Assembly: GCF_006345805.1 (NCBI RefSeq)
Contig: NW_021836096.1
Location: 1 to 25,338, forward strand
Source of the DNA: Octopus sinensis
Lineage: Eukaryota
DNA length: 25,338 bases
Direction of reading: 5' to 3'
The notes beneath the pieces were generated by a model. It had not been told where the DNA came from. It worked only from the letters and a program-made list of their open reading frames with translations, and searched no databases. Shown one piece after another: positions 1 through 8,520 of this stretch. Both the position numbers and the translations under genes were made by a program. Position 1 is the stretch's first letter. Every line of letters begins with the position of its first letter.

Positions 1-460
1 GTATAGGTAAAAAAAGATGTTAGTCGAGTGTATGAACTCAGAGTAAGAGAAAGGCTGTATGAACACAAAGCAAGAGGTTGTGATAGGGAATAAGGATTAT
101 AGGAGTGAATGAGATTTCCCCGTAGAGACTGTCCAAATTGCAAGAAGACCGAATATGATTGTTGTGGACAAAGTAAAACAAGCATTGTAAAACCATAGAT
201 TTTGTGACCCCATCAATAATAGAGGAGATGCGAAAGGAATCGAAAAAAACCCAAACAAACCATGAGAAATATCAGGACCAAGCTTGAGCGATGGAGAAAC
301 TGTGGAATGCAAAGACGACAGTTATTCTTGAGGTAAACTACTTCACTTGGCTCGATACTCAAACAGCTACATAAGAGTCTGTGACTCGCATTGCCCTGTA
401 GAAAAATAACAATCCTGCATTCAGCAAGAGTCCTAAGAAAGACTCTACACATTTTTAGGG
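1..460 (+). mobile_element. Decayed 3' end (restriction-like endonuclease domain) of an R4/Dong-clade non-LTR retrotransposon
   Basis: Manual translation across stops and frameshifts gives LYEHK..EVVIGNKDY..*DFPVET..IARRPNMIVVDK..TIDFVTP..EKYQD..MEKLWNAKTTVI..ITILHSARVLRKTL. This matches the R4-type WYEH..WDF..RRPD..KYQDL..LW C-terminus as I recall it. An AAT/GAT repeat tail follows at about 520-550. Confidence 0.85.
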
Positions 461-761
461 AGCTATCACTAAATCTCAGGACAGTATCACTGCTACATAA
501 TGTAGCTTGTAATAGTTATGACAATAATGATGATGATGAAACTGATGATGAGATCCGAATAATTATTATTCTAGAGAGAAGGTGGGGGAGAGCAAGGAGA
601 GAAAAGGAGAGAGAGAGAGAGAGAGAAGCAGAAAGAGAAAATGATATACAGAAATTCAGAAATAGAAAGATAGATCTATCAATCTATCTACCTGTGTGTA
701 TGTATATACATATATATGTATATATGCGCGCACATGTAATATATGTGGTTGACGTCATATA

Positions 762-763
<2 letters not shown>

Positions 764-803
<40 letters not shown>

Positions 804-814
804 CTGTATGTATG

Positions 815-891
<77 letters not shown>

Positions 892-899
892 CTGATATG

Positions 900-935
<36 letters not shown>

Positions 936-1026
936 CATACATATACATACATGTATATATGTATATATGGAAGCATATATACATACATAATGTACGCACA
1001 CACACGTCACGCGCGCGTCTCCCCAC

Positions 1027-1074
<48 letters not shown>

Positions 1075-1078
1075 ATAT
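764..1078. repeat. (TA)n microsatellite complex with TATG/CA interruptions
   Basis: Directly visible. It explains the IYIY-type ORFs. Confidence 0.95.
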
Positions 1079-1200
1079 GAACGTAAAACCGATTTATTCC
1101 GAGATAGACATTTATTTCAAGACAGACAAAACCAGAAAAAAGAACGCATTTCTGACTTTGACAAATATTTGATGGTTTTTATTACCTGATTTTTCATAAA
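1018..1200 (+). repeat. Unclassified dispersed repeat, copy 1 (inverted partner at 2144-2289)
   Basis: tatatgaacgtaaaacc..gacagacaaaaccagaaa..acaaatatttgatggttttt..attacctga aligns to the reverse complement of 2144-2289. Its 3' part (ttttcataaagcagaag) also resembles 3880-3930. Confidence 0.8.
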
Positions 1201-1485
1201 GCAGAAGTTTTTAATATATTCATGTATTTCTAGAGGTAATGTTACAAGCTATTCGCCTTTGACACCGATCCCATAGCTTATTTCACGCACACACGCAACA
1301 CGTACACACACACGCACGCACACGCACCCCCACGCACTCCCACACACACATGCATACGCACTGGTTCTATAATCTACCTACCTTTCTTTCTTTCTATCTA
1401 TCTATCTATCTATGTGTTTATATATACGTGCATAAAAATAACTATGTATATATATATATATATATATAAGTTCAGCAAAAATTTA

Positions 1486-1690
1486 GATTCAGATGAATAT
1501 GGTACTTAATTTAAAGGCACCAGAATTTGGTATGGTATTATCCATATAAATCAAATGGGGTGATTATAATCAAAATAAGCAACAAGGATATCCAAGGTAG
1601 TGTAGTACAATCGTTTCATGCTACTTCATTTTATTAAACAATGTAAGTATTACATCAGTTTTAAAATTTAGAGCAATCTTCAGCCATTAA
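1486..1690 (-). mobile_element. Hammerhead-bearing short repeat (Penelope pLTR-like), copy 1
   Basis: Aligns to 18200-18402 from gattcagatg through agagcaatcttcagc and contains a hammerhead core. Attribution to Penelope is inferred from the ribozyme architecture. Confidence 0.65.
1603..1686 (-). ncRNA. Type I hammerhead ribozyme motif (core intact, stem I only 3 bp)
   Basis: Minus strand reads UGG-CUGAAGA-UUGCUCU..AG(U)AGCAU-GAAA-C-GAUU-GUA-CUA. The CUGANGA and GAAA cores, a GUA triplet and 6 pairs at the base of stem II are present. Confidence 0.65.
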
Positions 1691-1706
1691 AAATAAAAAT
1701 TCCATA

Positions 1707-1794
1707 TGTGGCTGAAGATTGCTCTACATTTTAAAACTGATGTAATACTTACATTGTTTAATAAAATGGAATCGCATGAAACGATTATACTACA
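1707..1794 (+). ncRNA. Type I hammerhead ribozyme motif, degenerate copy
   Basis: UGUGG-CUGAAGA..GCAU-GAAA-C-GAUU-AUA-CUACA. Stem I has 5 bp, but there is a C/A mismatch in stem III and stem II is weakened. Confidence 0.5.
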
Positions 1795-2143
1795 CTACCT
1801 TTGGATATCCTTGTTGCTTATTTTGATTATATATATGTAAATACATGTACATATATACATTTATATATGTGTGTATATATGTATGTATATATGCATGTAT
1901 ATATATATGTATATATATATATGCACGTGAATATATATGTATATATAAATATATATATATGTGTGTGTGCGTGTGTGAGTGATTGTGAGTGTGTGTGTGT
2001 GTTTTGCATAGTCTTCCCCCGCCTTCTGAAAGAAAACGTTTGGTGCTTCCAATCCCCTGATTTGGATATTCTGAAAGACTTTTATGTCTTCGTGATGATT
2101 CCTCCTTACTTGACATTACTTTAAGGGATTTCTGTTTTTTTTT

Positions 2144-2289
2144 TTTGAAAACTCAGGTAATAAACAAAAACCATCAAATATTTGTTAACGTCGGAAACGC
2201 GTTCTGTTTCTGGTTTTGTCTGTCTGGAAATAAATGTCTGTTTCGGCACAAAACGTTTTACGTTCATATATACATGTGGTGGGGGAGAG
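2144..2289 (-). repeat. Unclassified dispersed repeat, copy 2 (inverted relative to 1018-1200)
   Basis: Its reverse complement aligns to 1018-1200, including the flank ctccccaccaca. Confidence 0.8.
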
Positions 2290-2575
2290 AAGGACTTGTG
2301 GTGTGTGGTCCCATTGCGTTCCCATTGCGTGACCTGAGTGGATAAAATGTGGCACAGCACCGGAAGCACTTTGCAGTGGAATCAACGGGTGGCACAAAAG
2401 AGGCTCAGCCGACCAGAAAACGACCGCAATCCGGGATTTTTATACGAATCCATCTTCTCCTTGAATGAAGTTCTAAAGAGAAGTTGTAAGAGTAGGGTCC
2501 TTCACTACCAGTGATTCGTATGTTAGTTAACCTGTAGCTGACAACCTTACAGGTGCTACTATTCCGAGTCAGAGT

Positions 2576-2578
<3 letters not shown>

Positions 2579-2644
<66 letters not shown>

Positions 2645-2688
2645 TATATGTATATGCATAATATATATATGCATATATATATATGCAT

Positions 2689-2731
<43 letters not shown>

Positions 2732-2846
2732 ATATATATATATAATATATGCATATATATATATATATGCATATATATATGCATATTTGTATATATGCAT
2801 GTACGCACGCAAACACACGCACACATATACATATATTTATATATAT
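2579..2846. repeat. (TA)n / TATGCA microsatellite complex
   Basis: Directly visible. Confidence 0.95.
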
Positions 2847-3305
2847 AAAATTTGGGCACGAGTATTAGTGTCGGAGATGCACCCGAAGTTACATTAGAAA
2901 GTCGCATAAAATCGTTGAAAACACAATACTTATAATGAACATTATGAAGGCTACCACCTGACCCCCGTACCGTCAAAAGTGACGACCAATTGTAGTATAT
3001 TATTTATAAATTGGGTACAAAACCAAGTTTTTAGCTTAATAATTCTTTTATTACCAAATTTATAATATATTTTTCAACTGCAGTCGTTTTATATTCTTGA
3101 TACACTCAGGTAATAATTATTATTTTCTCTAATGAGTTTGTGTAGGTGTGTGTGAATGATTGTAATAATTATTTTTAACAAAACAGATAGAATATGGATG
3201 GTAAATCAAATGAATACACTTGTCCATGTTATCTGGTGGTTGTCTTTTGAGATGTGACATCGATCGTCGTTTGTAACCGAAAGTACTCTGCTTCATACAC
3301 AAAAA

Positions 3306-3514
3306 CATTCACATACTTCTCTTGTACACGCACAGACATACATATACTCACACAGAGTTGAAACGCTGTTTGATTTTTCTTTTCGGCGTTGAATGTTCAC
3401 CATCCCACTTCCATTGCACACACGCATACATCCACACACCCACACACATTCACATACCTCCCTTTTACATACACACACACACACACACACATACTCACAC
3501 AGAGTTGAAACGCT
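3306..3514 (+). repeat. Local direct duplication (about 141-147 bp period)
   Basis: atactcacacagagttgaaacgct is identical at 3344-3367 and 3491-3514, and cattcacatac occurs at 3306 and 3447. Confidence 0.8.
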
Positions 3515-3974
3515 CCCAATACCAGTTTGCCACCCTCACTTCCTTTTTCATTTATATGTTGTGATGGAGAAAAACACAAGAGTATTATTACAGTAGATGC
3601 TGGTGGGTGAAAGAGAGAATTAGAGAGAAAGAATGAAAGAGAGGGGGGAGTAGGGGGTGAAAAAGTGTGAAAGGAATGGGACACCGCGTCATAATGTAGA
3701 TTGGGCGAGAGAAAGATATAGAAAATGAAAGGCAAAAACAGAAGTAGAAAGAGCGTCTTAGATTGACAGAGAGAAAGCTATAACAGAGCGATCGATAGAT
3801 AAATAGGTAGATATGGAGGCGGGGGGGGGTAGCGGGGAAAACGATAGAGGAAAAGAAAGAGAGTGTTGTTGAGGCACTTTTTATTAACTGAGTTTTTATA
3901 AAGCAGAAATTTCTAATAATTTATAAGTCTTTGTGCATATATATGGTTGTATGCATGTGTAAATATGTATATAT

Positions 3975-4312
3975 TTCTTTTGTTCCTTTTACATATTGCA
4001 GCCTAAAGGCTGTGGCCCAGCTGGAACACCACCAGGGTAATCACCTTTTCAGGGGCCATTCTTACGCGATTGGCTTTTGGTGAAGATGGGAGTTCGAGAC
4101 AGCTGCCCTCTTTTGAGTTTCTTGCCCTGATATAAGCTCATCAGGGACTTTGAACAACAGGAGGTCAAGCTGTTTATTGGAAACATTTATCTCAACTCTA
4201 TGAAGATGCCTCAGATGTTTCGACAATAGCTCCTGATGCCAAAGTTCGGTGCCAGCCTCTCCAGGGTCTTCCATACGTATATCATTGCATACCTCTTCCG
4301 TATTCACTCCAG
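3975..4312 (-). mobile_element. 3' end of a CR1-group LINE (ORF2 C-terminus plus tail), internally deleted
   Basis: Minus-strand translations are E*IRKRYAMIYVWKTLERLAPNFGI and LRHLHRVEINVSNKQLDLLLFKVPDE..RAAVSNSHLHQ. These match the RRERY.IIY.WK.LEG.VPN and K.KLD.FL..VPDEP..RAA.SNSL patterns as I recall them. The tail ggtgttccagctgggccacagc resembles the SINE tails in this window. Confidence 0.7.
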
Positions 4313-4515
4313 TTTGTGAGAAGGCATTCCAGGAGGATCCAAAGAGTTAAGAATCTCTGGTGCAAGAATGACTCTTTCTCAAAGACAATTTTGGGGTAAA
4401 CCTTGGTAATCAACTCTTCTACAGTTTTGACCAAAATGCCACAGATGTCTCCATTACTGTCTTGCTGAATGATTCCATTTCCCAGATCCGGAAGCTGAGC
4501 CGTAAATCTTCCAGT
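4307..4515 (-). pseudogene. Helitron Pif1-type helicase remnant, condensed by deletions
   Basis: FTAQLPDLGNG..CGILVKTVEELITKVYPKI, then after a frameshift ERVILAP joined to EILNSLDPPGMPSHKLE. These correspond to the Helitron RepHel motifs QLLDIGNG, EELI.KVFP, ERAILAP and EFLNSL.PPG.P.H.L. Confidence 0.8.
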
Positions 4516-4565
4516 CCGATATGGACGGAAGTCCGATATGGGCGGAAGTCCAATTTGGGCCGAAA
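4514..4565 (+). repeat. 17-bp tandem repeat, 3 units
   Basis: gtccgatatggacggaa / gtccgatatgggcggaa / gtccaatttgggccgaaa. Confidence 0.85.
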
Positions 4566-4957
4566 GTTCGAGTTCTTCAATATTTCCTTCCGACTGCTTC
4601 AATTCACAAATTCTGCGGAACTTCAGAACCTCACGAACACAAAACCTCTCAGTCTAACTTGGATCTCGTTTTAAATTATAATAACTGAAGTGAAAATATT
4701 TTTTGAATTCACAAAGTTTGGGGATTTCTTTAAATTCAGTTTAAATGAAAACTTGTAAGTTCACAAATTTTTGGAGTTCTTTCAAACTTTGAATTTTCAA
4801 CTGTTAGCATTTAACAAATTCTCATCCACACCTGATCCCAAAGCTGGACGTTCAAGAACCAAATGAAGGGCAGACTTTCAATCCCGGGATCATCCTGATT
4901 CCCAAAAGGTAGAATATGTTTATAAAGAGCATATGTAGACTGAGATACAAGGGTCCC

Positions 4958-4993
4958 GGACGAACAGACAGAATTTCGCGTTTATTATTATAG
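4958..4993 (-). mobile_element. Possible Helitron 5'-terminal sequence
   Basis: The reverse complement ctataataataaacgcgaaattctgtctgttcgtcc resembles remembered 5' ends of invertebrate non-autonomous Helitrons. An exact 5'-TC is not seen. Confidence 0.35.
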
Positions 4994-4996
4994 TTA

Positions 4997-5027
<31 letters not shown>

Positions 5028-5150
5028 CATGCATACATCCATATGTATACACACACACACATGCATATATGCATGTATGTGTGAATCATATATTCATATA
5101 TATGTATATGTATATACGTATGTACGTACGTGTATGTGTATAATATATAT

Positions 5151-5201
<51 letters not shown>

Positions 5202-5245
5202 GTGTGTGGTGTGTGTGTGGGTGTGGTGTGTGTGTGTTGTGTGTG
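4992..5245. repeat. (TA)n/(CA)n/(GT)n microsatellite complex
   Basis: Directly visible. Confidence 0.9.
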
Positions 5246-5632
5246 TTACTTCAATTGGCACAGAGCGACAGCAAATGTGAATTACACTATGAAAACAACC
5301 TGTTTTTGTAATTTAAACATTTTAAACTTTCAAATCCAGCGATGATGACTTTATGAAACATAACACCTTTCCCAAGATTCAATTGCTGTCTTATAGAAAT
5401 CGCGGCAGCCATGTGTCACTATCTTCTACATCAGGTTCTGAAACAGGAATTGATTCCAGACCGTTATTGTCACCAAGCTAAACTCAGAGAACAAATAACG
5501 AAACAAGAGACATCATTAAAAGAAATAGTTAATCGCTACTTTAAAGTCATAGGTCGCCATATTTCCAATATGATATGCTAATGTTGTCCCATGCACAATG
5601 ATGCTTATGATGGTGGTGATGATGGTGGTAGT

Positions 5633-6508
5633 AATTGACTTAAAAACTTGACAGCTCTGCACGGGAGACGTGCAAGACAGATGAACGAAATACTGAGTAG
5701 TGACATCCAAGTACCGGCCTGGGTGACAAAAGGAAGAACGGTCCTATGCCAGAAGGACCCAAGTAAAGGGAACGCGGTTGTAAACTTCCGACCAATATCT
5801 TGTTTGTCATCGATGTGGAAACTGATGACAGGAATCATATCAAACAGCATCTGTAAGAATCTAGATGAGAACGACCTGCTACCAGTGGAACGAAGAGGAT
5901 GTAGACGTGAGAGCAGACGAACGAAGGATCAATTACTAATCGATAAGACTATCCTGGCTGATTGCAAGAAGAGACATAAATACTTGGCGATGGCATGGGT
6001 GGACTACAGGAAAGCCATGGTCCCACATTCGTGGATTATTGAATGCCTCGAACTGATTAAGGTTCCTCACAATATTCTGAAGTTGATACAAAACTCAATG
6101 ACAACATGGCGAACTGAACTCACAACATGATGGAATAAGCTGGGAGAGGTAAATATCAAAAGAGGAATCTTTCAAGGGGACAGTCTGTCGCCTCTCCTAT
6201 TTGTTGTCTGCCACTAACGAGCGTTTTAAGAAATACGCATATGGAGTAGGTGGTAGGCAGGGTGAAAGTTAACAACTTGTGGTTTCTGGATGACCTAAAG
6301 TTATTCGCAAAGACCGAGAAAGAAAAGTGAGAGTTTGACGGCAACTGTGCAGACGATTAGCAAAAATATTGGCCTGGAATTTGGGATTGAGAAATGCGGT
6401 GTAATGATTCTCAAAAAGGGGGAAATCGGTAAAAGCCATGGGATCAAGCTGGAAAGTGGTGAAACTATAAAGGAAATCGGAGAGGAAGGATATAAGTACC
6501 TGGGTGTC
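5633..6508 (+). mobile_element. Reverse-transcriptase fragment of an R4/Dong-clade non-LTR retrotransposon (pseudogenised)
   Basis: [29 protein letters not shown] (YD deleted), RGIFQGDSLSPLLF (from about 6161), FLDDLKLF (FLDD at 6283-6294), GLEFGIEKC and YKYLGV. Stops (e.g. 6128-6130) and frameshifts are present. Confidence 0.92.
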
Positions 6509-6633
6509 TTTCATCACCCCATTTCAATACGAAGTGTTGTATTTGTGTTGTTGCCTAACGATAATAGTTGAAGGCTCAAAACAGTTTGTAGAAAGAATAC
6601 CTTGGGACTTTGTATTTCGACCGTTAGATGAAT

Positions 6634-6750
6634 GCGCGTGGATCAATGGTTAGCGTATACGGTTCACGATCGAGAGTTCGATACCCGGCCGTGCATTTTG
6701 TTTTTGAGCAATACACTTTATTTCACGTTGCACCAGTCCACACAGCTGAC
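6634..6750 (+). mobile_element. tRNA-derived SINE, family A
   Basis: A-box-like gtggatcaatggttag, B-box gagttcgatacc, and core ttgagcaatacactttatttcacgttgcaccagtccacacagctg shared with other copies. Confidence 0.75.
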
Positions 6751-6786
6751 AAAAAATAAAAAACGCACACACATACACACCCTGCC

Positions 6787-6849
6787 ATATATATATATAT
6801 TATATATATATATTATATATTATATATATATATATATAATATATATATA

Positions 6850-6897
<48 letters not shown>
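6787..6897. repeat. (TA)n microsatellite
   Basis: Directly visible. Confidence 0.95.
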
Positions 6898-6899
<2 letters not shown>

Positions 6900-6968
6900 C
6901 AGGCTTCTGCACAGTGGAAATGAATTCGAAACCAGTAATTGCAAAGAGGCTTCTTAACCACACATCCT
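6895..6968 (-). mobile_element. Internally deleted SINE, family B
   Basis: The reverse complement gtgtggttaagaagc..ccactgtg|cagaagcctgtcatata joins the head and the gaagcc-(TA) segment seen in 16397-16768. Confidence 0.5.
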
Positions 6969-7087
6969 GCTAAGTCTGTTGCAATGCGTTTGTATTTTAT
7001 CGTCTCAGCTCACTTCTGCTTTAGTTGACATGAATTTGATTCATATGATACACCTTGAATATAGTGTGTGCCTTGTCTTTTTTCTTT

Positions 7088-7340
7088 CAATTTATTAAAT
7101 CCTAATAATGAGCTCATTTCGAAATGTCGGCATGAAAATAAATACCTTTCAGAATTTTATATAATCTTAATATATTGTTTGTTCATAGTTCGAATATATT
7201 TGAAATTATTTGAACACTTTTGGAAGTTCTTTGAATATTTTACTGTATCCCTTTCTAACAAGTGTCGAAGTCTTTCAGTAAACTAGATGTTATCAAATCC
7301 ATATCGTCTGACAATTCTAAGCAAATTGTTAAAATGAAAT
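7088..7340 (+). mobile_element. Penelope-like element 3' remnant (ORF C-terminus plus downstream pLTR)
   Basis: LLNPNNELISKCRHENKYL (7088-7150) matches the LLN.R.EL.SKCRH.NK C-terminal motif recalled from invertebrate Penelope GIY-YIG ORFs. The downstream boundary is approximate. Confidence 0.65.
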
Positions 7341-8192
7341 TTTCCCAATATTAAAAAAAAAAAATAACATGAGGTTATTTTGTACATTGAACTTTATATA
7401 TTATATTATATTATATTATATTATGTAAGTACTGCTGAGTTATTTTTTGTTTTTGTATTTCTCTATTCCTCCGTTAGTTTTCTTTCTTTCCGTTTTTGTT
7501 CCTCTCTCTTTCCTTCCTATTTTCAAATCTTGTGTATAAACATAGAAGTACACTGCACCTATTTATTTCTCGTTTCCCTATATTTTACATAATCTTACTG
7601 TTCAACTCCTCCTCCTCCTCCTCCCCCCTTCTAAACTTTGATTCGTTCATTTTTACCCTTCCGTCTCAAATATATTCACACTTTCTTTATTTGCTTGCTA
7701 CCAGTTTTGCTATATTGAAATAGAAGCAAACGTTATAATGTAACTTTTGCTGACACATGTCAATCGCTTTTTTATTCCTTTCTTTGTTTTTCTATTTTCT
7801 CTCGTTTCCATTTTTCTTTCTTTAACACATTTCCTTTTCTTCTTTATTCTTTCTTTTAACTTTTTGGTTTTTCGCCTTCGATTTCTGTCTTCAATTTTGT
7901 CTTTTTTGCACATTATACAACGGAACACGCGTGACATTTACCATTTAAAGAACATACGGAATTAACACAGTTCTGCAAACACGTGCGGCTTGCACTGGTT
8001 AGAGGCATAAGTTTTCTTGATAATGTTTGATAGAAATTCTGCAAAACTGGTTATTGTTGGATAATGATAGAATTTCTGATAAATATATTTTGATATATAT
8101 GGTCCCTGGGGAAGTGTTTAGACAAGTTTAATGATTTTTTTTGCGATACCTATTTAGCTATCGAGATGATAAAAGAGGTTATGACATATTTT

Positions 8193-8520
8193 GAGCTGCG
8201 AGCGGCTTAGTAATTAGGGTTACACGACTCACGATCAGAAGGTCGTGAGTTCAATTCCCGGCGGTACGTTGCACCCTTGAGCAAGACACTTTATTTCATT
8301 TTACTCCAGTCCACTCAGCTTCCAAAAATATAGTGTACCTGTAATTCAAAGGGACAGCTTTGTCACATTCAGCTTTGTTACGCTGAATCTCCCAGAAAAC
8401 TATGTTAAAGGAACGCGTGTTTGTGGTGTGATCAGCCACTTTCATGTCAATTTCTTGAGTAGACTGTTCTGTTGATCTGATCAACTGAAACCTTCGTCGT
8501 CGTAACCGACGGAGTGCCAG
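8193..8520 (+). mobile_element. tRNA-derived SINE, family A (long form)
   Basis: ggcttagtaattagg A-box-like, gagttcaattccc B-box, and core cttgagcaagacactttatttc..ctccagtccactcagct. Confidence 0.8.

Larger units (their letters stand above)
1565..1831. repeat. Long palindrome: 122/123-bp inverted arms with a 22-bp spacer
   Basis: Arms 1565-1686 and 1709-1831 differ by 5 substitutions and 1 indel in a manual alignment. Confidence 0.95.

Noticed and set aside
1565-1831. Interpretation as a TA-flanked Tc1/mariner MITE
   Set aside because: Homology to 18200-18402 extends beyond the left arm and that copy is not palindromic, so the arms are not element TIRs.
688-2976. IYIY/CVCV/THTH ORFs here and throughout the window
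   Set aside because: Dinucleotide microsatellites lack stop codons, so these ORFs are artefacts.
4105-4150. Minus-strand CTGATGAG..GAAAC resembling a hammerhead
   Set aside because: No NUH triplet follows the putative stem III, and CCT GAT GAG simply encodes the PDE motif of the LINE ORF2 in which it lies.
5341-5440. Possible C/D snoRNA (ATGATGA..CTGA)
   Set aside because: No convincing terminal stem, no C'/D' boxes, and no recognisable rRNA guide.
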